In this document: positions 40,120 through 51,508 of the stretch, in pieces | How the letters are laid out: each line of letters opens with the position of its first letter | Numbering within the stretch: position 1 is the first letter of the stretch | Source: Heptranchias perlo | Lineage: Eukaryota | Reading direction: 5' to 3' | Length of the DNA stretch: 64,000 bases | Assembly (NCBI RefSeq): GCF_035084215.1 | Contig: NC_090335.1 | Location: forward strand, 39,246,001-39,310,000 | Program-made: the position numbers and the translations under genes | The notes under the pieces: model-generated | Database searches by the model: none | What the model saw: the letters and a program-made list of their open reading frames with translations, nothing else | What the model was told of the DNA's origin: nothing

Positions 40120-40891
40120 GGCCCAGAAATTGCTCGGAGTGGCAAATCAACAGTGCTCGCCACTCCACAGATTTATACTAACCCACTAACATACTGCGTT
40201 CTTTACTAGGTACACTTCCTCGAATAGGAAGCTGAGAAGAGCCCAGCGTTTGCTCCAGTGGAGCTAGGACCCATGGGAGAGAAGTGAGAGGATCACTCTC
40301 TCCCCTCGACCAATCAGATTGCAGTATTTTTGACACGCTGTGAACATTTTCTGCAAGCTGGAACGTAAAATCCAGGAAGTGAAAGGTAGGACTTTAAAAT
40401 AATTGTAAGAACAGTTATAGAGTGAAAAAGAGGGTAAGAAATAATCAAATCAAATAAAAGAAACAGAAGGGAAAAGTAAAAAAAGTTTTACATTTTTAAT
40501 TTAAAAGATTTATTTTAATGACCAAAAACTATTAAAATAAAAAGTAATGAGACTCCACATTTTTAAAAGTAAATTTTAATTGTTTGGCAGTCATTAAGAC
40601 TGTTAAAACTTTGTTTAGTATTTTTAAGCGTACCTGTTTTGTGGCGATATTAATTATTTTCCAGCTGGGCAGAACAGCAAGTTGGCGCGAGTCCATTGAT
40701 TCCACTGATTGCAGCTGGCGATATCCCTTTAATTCGAAGTTGTCATATTGCCGGCAAACCAGGAGGAGCAAGTTCCAGATTTCCACATTTGATTGCACAT
40801 GTGTGAACGTTAGAACTTGCTCCTCGATTTCATCACTAACAATGGTGAGCGCTGTTGAGCTCATCATTCTTATTTAAGCAATTTCCGACCC
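40120..40891 (+). mobile_element. Same MITE family, copy 2
   Basis: TIR ggcccagaaattgct / agcaatttccgaccc, 3-bp TSD AAT. Confidence 0.85.
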
Positions 40892-41199
40892 AATGCGTCA
40901 GTTTAGTCTGCCCTTCCCACCCACCCCCACCCAAGTATAATGGTAGCAAATTCGGAAAATGTGTCTGAGCCTGAAGAAAATAGCCAACGTAAGGTGATTT
41001 ATCAGTACCTTATAATTAGTATAGAGGCAAAGTATATATGTCATTGAGTGTTTCCTTGCATCCTGTTGCAGTCCTTTGAATGCTAACCATGCATGGACAT
41101 ACTCCAGCACAGCAGCAATGCAGCCTACAAATTACCTCTAAAACTGCTGGCACGCTGACATCCTAAAAGGCTTCACACAAAAAAAACCTTTCCAACAAT

Positions 41200-41690
41200 A
41201 ATTATTTGCATTTATATGGAGCCTTTAACGTAGTAAAATGTCCCAAGGCACTTGACAGGAGTGTTTACAAACAAAATTTGACACCGAGCCACATAAAAAG
41301 ATATTAGGACAGGTGACCAAAAGTTTGGTCAAAGAGGCAGGTTTAAAGTAGCATCTTAAAGGAGGAGAGACAGGTAGCAAGGTGGAGAAGTTTAGGGAGG
41401 GAATTCCAGAACTTAGGACCTAGGCAGCTGAAGGCACAGCTGCCAATGGTGGGGCAATGGAAATCGGGGATGCGCAAGAGGCCATAATTGGAGGAGCTCA
41501 AAGATCTTGGAGGGTTGTAGTGCTGGAGTAGGTTACAGAGATAGGGAGGGGCGAGGTTATGAATGGATTTGAACACAAGGATGAGAATTTTAAAATTGAG
41601 GCCTTGCTGGACTGGGAGCCAATGTAGGTCAGCAAGCACAGGTGTGATGGACGAATGGGACTTGATGCGAGTTAGGATATGGGCAGAAGA
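41200..41690 (-). mobile_element. L2 LINE 3' fragment
   Basis: ITPVLADLHWLPV..FKILILVFK..LAPPYL..AFS..GPKFWNSLP. Confidence 0.88.
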
Positions 41691-42649
41691 GCAAAACATA
41701 ACTGCATCATTTATGTTTACATAGAATGTACAGCACAGAAACAGGCCATTCGTCCCAACAGGTTTCATGTTTATGTGCTCACACACACAATCAGCTGCAG
41801 TAAAGAGACTTGAGACTCATTTTACGTGTGCCTGACACTTCCAGCATCTCAACAGTACTTCTCTACTTCCAGGACAAGGGAGAATGTAACAGAAAGGAGC
41901 AGACTGTAATTGGAGGAGGGCCCTGCAACAATAAGCCATTGAGCTCCTTCACATTGCTCCATCGGAAATTTGAGGGATAGAGAATAAAATGGAGTGGGGC
42001 AGAGTGAATCCCAAGCTCAGGGCTAGAATTGTCCTTTCCATATGTCTTCTTTAGTTATATACTCACTCACTCACTCAATCATTCACCTATGCACAAGCAT
42101 ACATAATATTTTGCCTTTAAGTAATATTTCAAGGGTGTTTTGCAGCTAGCATTCTAACATATCTTTTTTTCATTTTGTAAGCATCCCACATGCAGAGTCC
42201 ACTAAAATAAAGCCAGCATCTCACAGCAGCCAGCATCATTCATTCCAGCTGCCACAAGCATAGAGACACCCATCCTGGGGGATTTAGATAGTGAAGTTGA
42301 GGAGGGAGCACCAGGTGAAGCGCAAGTGAAATGGAATAAGTGGAGATGAAAGGAGCAGCAACCTGCTCTCTGGTTGGCTAAGAAGCATACCTCTTGAGCT
42401 TCAGAACCTATGGATTCTGAGCACAGGGGCATACAAAAAAAGAAGATTGCAATGTGAGCACAATAGTTTTATGGAATAATTTGAGGTTGTCCAAAGCACT
42501 CTGCAAAGTGTGACAATGACTAGGGAGGAAACCATAGCCACATCTGTGCAGTGGTGCAGGAAGTTATATTGGTGTTACAGTCTACCATGGAGCATGTGAC
42601 AACTCTATGGACAGTTGTATCACAGTGTCATAGTAGAAATAAATGCATA

Positions 42650-43050
42650 GAAATATACAGAAGTTACAACACAAAAACAGGATATTGGTCCCAATCTGTC
42701 TTTGTTAGTATTTACCCTTTATGTGAATAAATAGTTCTAATCACTTTTACCCACCCTTTTCCCATATCGCTTAATCCACCTTTTCCTTCATCCACCTATC
42801 CAGCCTAATATTTAATGCTGACAAAATTTGTGCCTCAACCACTACCCCTGCATATGAATTCCACAGCCTCATAACTCTGTGTGTGAAGAAATGTATCCTG
42901 CTCACTGCTCTAACTCTCTTACAATGCATCTTGTATCTATGGCCCCTTGTTCTACTGGAAACAGTCTGCTTTTATTTACTCTGTCCCATCCTTCCATCAT
43001 TTTGAATGCTTCTATTATATCACCCCATAATCTGTGCTTTCAGCATAAGG
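42650..43050 (-). mobile_element. Old CR1 3' fragment
   Basis: catagaa tail and similarity to the other CR1 3' ends in the window. Confidence 0.6.
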
Positions 43051-43811
43051 AGATTCCATTCTTGGCCACAACCTGGCCCCCTCTGACATGGGGGGACAAT
43101 ATTTAGGTTAGACAGAGGTTCCATCACAGATGAGGTCCCCCGGAAACTGCCAGCGAAAACCAGGACCTGGCTTGTCCAGGTCCTAACATTTTCCCAGGCC
43201 ATCCTCGGCACTCCTGCTAGAATTATAGCAGGAGTGTGCCATTTAGTGCCATGTTCTTTTTACAGAATTTTGAAGTAGGCAGTCAACAAAATAGACAAAG
43301 AAAAGACAATGCAGAAGAACCTTATGTATGGACCGCTATTTAAAAATAAATACGTTAATGCCCTGAAGTAGACAGGAAATTGAGGTTTAGAAAACCTTAT
43401 CTGTCTAGCTGTTAGTGACCACTGCCAAAGAGTATTAAACTTGGGAACTTTACCGATATAGTAATAATTGTGCAACATAAATCATTCTATGCAAAGGGCT
43501 TTGAGATTTTTCTGAAAAAATGATGATATATATCAATACTTTATTTTTCCCTTTCTCTCTCTGTTAGACAGAGATGATAAATGATGTGGAATCAATGAGT
43601 GTGAGTTGTGGGTTGTGCATGTCAGTTGCAATGTTTATGTAGAAAAGCTGGATGAATGTGAGTAAAAGAAAAAAGTCTAGACTACAAGTATATGTGAGAA
43701 AGCTGATGCAGTCTGTCACTAAGGCACAGAGCTCTGCATAATGTGTGCTCTTCATTGATTGACAGCAAGTGCAGGCTGGAAAAAAGAGCCTGTGGTAGGT
43801 TTGAAGCCGAA

Positions 43812-43967
43812 GGAGTAGAACTTTCACAGAGATTCCCCGATTTCCTGCCGTAACTTTTGTGGAAGATTGGCAGAAATGGCATAAAGAGCCTATTACACCA
43901 TTTCTCTGGGGCTTTTACTAAAGTTACGGCAGGAGGTCAGGGGAACCTCCGTGGAAATGTTTGGTGC
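43812..43967. mobile_element. Palindromic MITE relic
   Basis: tttcacagagattccccgatttcctgccgtaacttt pairs with aaagttacggcaggaggtcaggggaacctccgtggaaa. Confidence 0.65.
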
Positions 43968-44319
43968 AAGTTTCTATAGTAATAGCATCAGCATTCACAA
44001 GAGGAGGTAGAAATTTGGGTGCGCAGGATACATTCCCTGTGCCTGAATGGTGAGCCCTGGGGCGCCCCCAATATTGGACATCGGGCCTCATTACAATCGT
44101 GCTGGCGTGGCATGAGCAGCCAGTCAGGGAAGAGTAATCCAAAATTGGGCCACTGCTAGCAACACAATAGCCCTTAGGTACGTGAGTCGGGCGATAGGAG
44201 GTCCCAGGGGGATGATCAGAGGCTGGGGATCGGGAGATCAGAGGCCGGGGCAGCTTTTCAGAGAGGTTGGAAGAGTATAGTGTTGTCACAACGGGTTCAA
44301 TTCTGGGGCCACTTCTATT

Positions 44320-44770
44320 CACTGTGCATATCTATGATTTGGATATAGACCTAGATGGAGTGGTGTTGAAGTTTGCAGATGACACAAAGATATGAGGTAT
44401 AGTAAATATTTTAGAAGACCAAAGGAAACTGCAAAGGGATATAAATAAGGAGAGGAAATGAGCTAAAAAGTGGCAGATGGAATTCAATGTCACCAAATGT
44501 GAAGTGATGCATTTTGCTAAAAAGAAGTAATAATACTCTGAAAAGAAATAGGCTCAGTGCTGTGGAAGAGCAGAGGGATTCAGGGTTGTTGTTCATAGGA
44601 TATTAAGGCAGCACCTCAGGTTGATAAGGAAGTAAAAAAGCTAATGGAATTCTAGGTTTTATGTCAAGAGGTATAAAATATAAAAGCCAAGAGGTAATGA
44701 TGAGTTTATATAAAACCTCAGTTAGAGTACCATGTGTAGTATTGGGACCAACACTATAAGAAGAATACTG
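44320..44770 (+). mobile_element. Decayed CR1 RT fragment
   Basis: KFADDTK and KWQMEFNVTKCEVMHF remnants. Confidence 0.75.
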
Positions 44771-44819
44771 ACAGCTAGAAATTCAGGAGGGTCCATTTTT
44801 GAAATTACAAAAGAATATA

Positions 44820-45937
44820 AAAACATAAGAAATAGGAGCAGGAGTAAGCCATACGGCCCCTCGAGCCTGCTCCGCCATTCAATAAAAGCATGGCTGATCT
44901 TCTACCTCAACTCCACTTTCCTGCCCTATACCAATTCCCTTGATTCCCTTAGTGTCCAAAAATCTATGGATCTCAGCCTTGAATATACACAACCACAGCC
45001 CTCTGGGGTAGAAAATTCCAAAGAGTCACAACACTCTGAGTGAAGAACATTTTCCTCATCTTGGTCCTAAATGGCTGACCCCTTATCTTGAGACTATGAC
45101 ACCTAGTTCTGGACTCTGCAGCCAGGGGAAACAACCTCTCAGCATTTACCCTGTCAAGTCCTCTTAAGAATTTTATACTTTTCAATGACATCATCTTTCA
45201 TTCTTCCATCTCCAGAGAATATAGGCCCATTCTACACAATCTCTATTCATAGGACAACCCTCTCATCCCAGGAATCAATCTAGTAAACCTTTGTTGCACC
45301 TCCTCTAAGGCAAGTATATCCTTCCTTAGGTAAGGAGAACAAAACTGTACACAGTATTCCAGTTGTGGTCTGACCTGAGGCCTATATAATTGCAGCAAGA
45401 CCTCCTTATTCTTATACGCCAACCCCTTTGCAATAAAGGCTAACATACCATTAGCCTTCCTAATTGCTTGCTATACCTGCTTGTTAACTTTTTGTGATTC
45501 GTGTACAAGAACACCCAAATCCCTCTGAATACCAACATTTCTTATCTCTCACCTTTAGAAAAATATTCTGCTTTTCTATTCTTCCTACCAAAGTGGATAA
45601 TTTCACATTTCCCCACATTATACTCCATCTGCCACCTTCTCACCCAATCACTTAACTTGTCTTTATCCCTTTGCATCCTCTTTGTATCCTCCTCACAGCT
45701 TACTTTCCCACCTAGCTTTGTATCATCAACAAACTTGGATACATTACACTCGGTCCCTTCATCTAAGTCATTGATATAGATTGTAAACAGCTGAGGCCCC
45801 AGCACTGATCCTTGCTTCACCCCACTAGTTACAACCTGCCAACCGGAAAATGACCTGTTTATTCCTACTCTCTGTTTTCTGTCTGTTGACCAATCCTCAA
45901 TCCATGCTAATATATTGCCCCCAACCCCATGAGCCCA
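44820..45937 (-). mobile_element. 5'-truncated CR1 LINE
   Basis: [33 protein letters not shown]; tail aacataagaa. Confidence 0.9.
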
Positions 45938-48403
45938 TTACCATGCACACAAATGGTGAGGTCCGAGAAGCCCTAGATATTGGGCCTTGGACCTAATTTC
46001 TATAGAGACGGTGCTGCGGGAGGAGTCCCAAGCAGGTAAATAAAGGAGTTCAGGATCCTGCAAGCTCAAAGGTAAGTGGTGGCCTCAGGGGCGAGCACGG
46101 GTCTCAGGGGCGATCGTGGGTCTCGGGAGGGTGTGATTGGTGGCTGGGGGGGGACGTGGGGGGAGTGGTAGTGTCAGCTGGCAGCAGCCCGTGGGATTGA
46201 GGACTGGAGGTTGGGGAGGGTGGGGAAATATAAAGTGGCTCTCTGCTTATCTCACAGCAGCTAAATCCTAAAATGGACCTGCTACAGGCTGTATTTCTTG
46301 TGTTGCTGCATTAACAGCCTGGCCCTAATCATTTCTCTTCCGCGTGCTGGGGAAGGGGCTGGTGTGAGGTCCCAAATGTACTGCTATGCTGAGAGACAAT
46401 ACCATCACCTATGCCCATTAATGCCACACCACAGGTATTGGGCAAATCTGATGAAGCTGATTAATTTAATGGCAAACATAATAATTGCCTTCCATTCCTT
46501 TCTCACCTAAGTGATCAACCCATGGTGCTTTTATTAAGTGAGGGTTTACTAACTCTACTACTCATAGAATCATACAGCACAGAAGGAGGCCATTTGGCCC
46601 ATTGTGCCCATGCTGGCTCTTTGAAAGAGTTATCCAATTAGTCTCACTTTTTTGCTCTTTCCCCATAGCCCTGCAAATTTCAAGTATATATCCAATTCCT
46701 TGCTTCCACCACCCTTTCAGGCAGTGCATTCCAGATCATCATTCTAACATCCCATCGTGCCACTGCCCTTCCTCTCACTTTTGCATATGGAAATCAAGCT
46801 CCCACCTGCTTCAGATGAGATTTTCAAATACCTATCTGAGGCCCAACTGGAAAAGAGTAGGGCCCTAAACCAGCGGAATGCCACCAACCATATCTGCAGA
46901 CCATAACACGCCTACTTGGCAATGACCGAGGGAATTGTTTTCACAGGTCTGGATCATCACTGTGGCAGATACAGAGCTGTGCTATATGCTGCAAGGACAC
47001 CTGCAACTACCATACAACTTAAGGCTGGTACATCAGTGACGGTAATGCTCAGCTGCACTTAAAACTTGGTTCCACCTCCTTCGAGGCATTCTGTGGTGCT
47101 GACCTATTGTGATGATGCCATGGAGTGGTGTAGAAGGAAACCTTCCTCACAACCATCTCATGCAGCATCACCTCCATTTCAGCAGTCCTGAAACAGGTGG
47201 CTGGGTGCTTGACTGCTCCGTCACTTGCCTACAGACTTACACCTGAACCTTGGAATTCCCTTTCCTTTATGGTTACCTTTCAGGTCTTCAACCTTCGTAA
47301 AGGTTGCTAATAGGTTGAGATGTCTTTTGGGCCTTTCCAAAGGCTTCAATATTTTTGGCACCATATTGTGGCACTCCTCTTTAATTATCCCCAGCCCTTT
47401 AAAATTCACGTACGCACAATTTTCCATTCCCATCCCTTGTATGGTCAAATCTGCACCCAGAGCTATGCCTAATTATGATAATGAGATGACCTCAGAAAAT
47501 TAAATGCAACTAGCATTGTTCAATTCACTATAGTGCAATGCTAGTTTATAGCCATTGGAATATAAATTGCATCTCTATTGGAAAATCCATGCTTGTATAT
47601 GGTAGCAAGAGGAAGGAATATGTATGGATGAAGACTCAATTCTACTCCAAAGTTCCAATTGTTGAACAAAGCTCTGCCACTGAAGTTTAAGCTCCTAGAA
47701 TGCAGGATGGAGAATATGGATGTTTTTGTGTTGAAGGAAGAATCAGAAAGATGGACCAAGATTTTCTACTTTGGTAGAATTTAGATGCATTTTTGTCACG
47801 GTGGGAGTTACACTCACCACAATGATATTACCTTTACCCCGGCTGATCTTTCAGAGTCAAACTCTTTTGCATAATTGAGGTTGACGGTCCCTGACTCCAC
47901 TGAAAATTCTATCTGGAGAGGAATTAGAGAATGGCTGCAAAAGATCTGGGCATAAGTCAGCACTACATGCTGCCTGATGGAAAAAAATCTCTACATTTCG
48001 AAAAACTTTGCAATCGATCATGCAGGTATTCCTCATGTCCAGTGTTGCTAGGGTGCAAATAACAAAATTATGTCATACAACATATATCCATCATTTGTAT
48101 GGTATTTGAACATGCCTGCCTATATTTGGGGGGATGTATTCTAAGCCATCCATCACTTCTGGAAGGAAATGATGGTAGAACCGAGAGTGAGCAGGAAGCT
48201 GCTGCAGCAACTCCCAAAGAGGTTTTTGCCTAATTTCATCTGAGTTACTCCAGGGAGCTGATGTAACTCAAGAAGAAAATCTAGGCCATGGTGATGGCCT
48301 GTATTTTCCTTTCCTCTTGTAGTAAACTGATGTTGACTTGTTGTCTTTGGAATAAATTTGGGGAGAGAGGATGGTTTCACAGACCCCAATGGCAACTTCA
48401 TAC

Positions 48404-49033
48404 TGTTGGAATGTGGAAGTGCATAAAGGGATACTTGACCATATTAACTCTCTATTAATTCACCTAACTCACGAATGTGGAAGTGCATGAAGGGATACTT
48501 GACCATATTAATTCTCTATTAATTCACTTAAACTCACATAATAAAGTTTCTCACGAAAACACATAGAAGCACAATTGTGTAATTACTTTGAGTTTCTCAT
48601 GCTGATAGCTGTCCTCCCTTTAGATAGAGAGGTAGCTGACTACAGAAATATATGGCCATATAGCCTTGAGACTAGCTACAGACCTACTGATAATAAAAGA
48701 CAGTTTCTTAGGGAAAAGCACTTTCCCAGGCCTGCGTCCAAGATATCAAGATGGCTATGGGAACTCGAGGGTGGGTTCCCTATTTTGATTGACCAACTAC
48801 CTGAGCCAATAAAGAATGTACATGTAGGCCCATATTCTGTGACAGGTGGGTGTTGTTACTGAGCTGTATAAACGTGAGCTGTTTCTTGAACTCGGCGAAG
48901 TTGTACCCTCAACCATTGTTTTGAGGTGCTCTTCCACTTGTATACAAGTTAACACGCAATAAAGTTTCTCTTTGTACTATGTGTTTGGGTGTTAATGCAT
49001 TTGTATAATAATAAGTAATATTAAGTTTCAACA
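48404..49033 (+). repeat. 5' LTR (630 bp)
   Basis: TGTTG...CAACA termini; ~64 bp tandem repeat in U3; CCAAT ~48806, TATAAA ~48867, AATAAA ~48958. Confidence 0.93.
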
Positions 49034-49039
49034 GTTTCT

Positions 49040-49057
49040 TGGAGGTCCCACCGAGAT
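49040..49057 (+). other. Primer binding site, tRNA-Gln
   Basis: TGGAGGTCCCACCGAGAT, 18-nt complement of the tRNA-Gln 3' end. Confidence 0.9.
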
Positions 49058-49767
49058 CGCTTGTGACCCTCGGTAAGTACGGACACAGCTAGGTGTTCTG
49101 TGCAAGCCGCGGACGCACTGCGATTAGTAAATGTATGCATTAACGGACGTGACTAATTCTTCTGTTTGCCTTTAGGAACCGAAAGGCGATCACAAGAAAT
49201 GTGTTTCATATAGACAAGAAGAAAGAAAAAGGACCTTGTCAGATTGCTCGATATTGTCAGCTGCGGTGTTGTAGTAACGGGCTGAGAGAGAACAATAACG
49301 GAGTAGATCTGTGAAACAGGTAAAGTAACTATAGTGACGTTGAGGCTGCTGTATAGAGCCAACAGACGGGCACTACTAGAGAGGCACCAGGAACAAAAAT
49401 AGATAATAAGGTTACAGACGATTAGAGTAAAATTAATATTCAGAACTGAGTGAAATTATAATTTGAACAAGTCTGTAGTGGCGACAAACGCAAACTGGTG
49501 TTAATGTCGCGTAGTGTTAAAGTATACAAGAATCTTGTGTAAGTCAGCTGATCCAACCAATTGCAGAAGTTTCTCTCACGCACCCAGCCTGAGCTGGTTA
49601 TTAAGAGGGTTTTAACCCCATGTGAAGGCCAGGACCTTAAAGTAGGTGTAGAAAACACATGACGTCTTGTCCGATCAGCTGAATTATCAAGTATAGAATT
49701 GCGATAGTTAAGATAGGTCTTGATTATTGTGTAATTACAATGTGAAGGATTGTATAAACTATAAGCC

Positions 49768-51508
49768 ATGGGCGCCAGCGCAAGTAAAATCCCTCCAAAG
49801 GGAACACCTGCTGCTTACATGTACAAAAACTTTGGGAAAGAAACGACTGACGAGTTAACAGTTTGGTCAAAATGGAAAATGGACCAAAACTAGGAAATAT
49901 CCCTTTCCCGAAGACGGTACATTTAATATGGATAGAATTAAGTGTTTAGAAGAATGTTTAGAGGACAGAGGCCCGAGAAAGAAAGGTGAGAAAGAGGTTA
50001 AGTGGGCGGCATTCTCAGATTGGAAGAAAGAAGCCGAAGTAAGGTACGAATGAAGTAAAGCAACCAGTAAAGCCAATACTAAACAAGATATAAAAATTAA
50101 ACAAATGTTAATGAAGAAACAACCGCCGTTAGCTGTGCCATTATATCCTGCCATACCCACGGCCCCAGACGAAGACTTAGACGATTATTTCATAGGACAG
50201 ATGCGAGCCCCACGAAACCCTCCGGCTTATCAGGAGGAGGCATTCGCACTGCCCGAGGATGAGGGGGACTCCGTTAACACTTTGGATCCCCCACCTCTAT
50301 TTAATCCTGAGGATGACGCCACTGGTGGGACAGCTGCCCAGACCCCCTCCCAGACTGCGGGCCCAAGCCAGGGTATCCGGGGTGTCAAGAAAAGAGTCCG
50401 TAAAGAAACTAGGGGAATGGATGAAGGGGAACCTAAGCCCACCCCAGCTATAAAACAACTACCCCTAAGACGTTTCCCCAATGTCTATGATGCAGACGGG
50501 GACCCAGTTTCCGTCCACCTTCCATGGACAGCCACCGAATTGAGAGGAATTCTTCAGGACTTACCGGACCCCTCCAAAGACTTAGAAAAGTCTATCGACC
50601 AATTGAAAACGATAGTCATTTGTCACCGACCAACCATAGTAGATATGGATCAGTTATTACGCGCATGGTTGAAAGATAATAAATATAAAAGACTGTGTGA
50701 GGGCGATGAAAGTTTTGACCTTATCCGAAACCATAGGGCAGCCAATGGACCGGACGAGACAGTGGCAGATAATGCATTTTGCCAAAATTTGTATGATGTA
50801 ATGCACGCAAAATTCCCCAAGAAAACAAATTGGACTAAGATTACAGAAACAAGTCAAAAGAAAGATGAGGATGTTGAGGATTATACAGAAAGAATGGAGA
50901 ATATTTTTGACTAGTGTTCTGGTATGGCCAAAGATGCATACCAAGTGCCACTCGTTAACGCCCTCGTTAACGGACTCAGACCAGAATTAAAAGAACCACT
51001 GATTTTGATATGCCTAGATTGGAGACACAAAACTATGCCCCAATTGACGTCCATTCTAAAGAATGTCCAGGATTGTAGTAGAGAAAGCAAAGAGAATAAA
51101 AGTAAAACTTCAAAGTACGCAGAAACAAAAATGACTCCAAATGACCCGCTTACCTCGTATTATATGGGACATAATAGAGGGAGGGGACGCCCACTACGTG
51201 GACGCGGGTCAGGCCCACCACAATCAGGAGGGTTTGGGCATCCCGGTGTTGGAAATCCTCAAAAACCTTTTTATGGTCTGTGTTTTAATTGTGCAAAAAG
51301 TGGATATTGGCGATCGAATTGTCCTCAGCCCAACAAAGGGTCTGCCAATGGTCCACCGTAAAATTATGCTGATCAACCCACCACTCGACCCCAAGCTCAG
51401 TTGCAGGGTCGTGCTGATCAGCCCACCACTCGACCCCAAGCTCAATTTTCAACTGGGAATCCATAGGGTAATTCAAATCGTAATGATCCCGGGAATTATC
51501 CCGCATGA
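49768..51508 (+). pseudogene. gag: gag
   Basis: MGASAS myristoylation signal, PLYP and PPAY late domain, MHR-like SQKKDEDVEDYTERM, CFNCAKSGYWRSNC knuckle (H to Y); a 7-bp duplication frameshift at ~49870 and several nonsense codons; probable true stop TGA at 51506. Confidence 0.88.

Noticed and set aside
46870-47260. Ancient Harbinger transposase relic
   Set aside because: Only faint resemblance by eye; no continuous frame or TIRs
48575-48862. 95-aa ORF present in both LTRs (also 58965-59252) as an accessory gene
   Set aside because: TTG start and no recognisable motif; recurrence simply reflects LTR identity
49058-49767. Epsilonretrovirus-like accessory ORF in the long leader
   Set aside because: No sense-strand ORF of meaningful length
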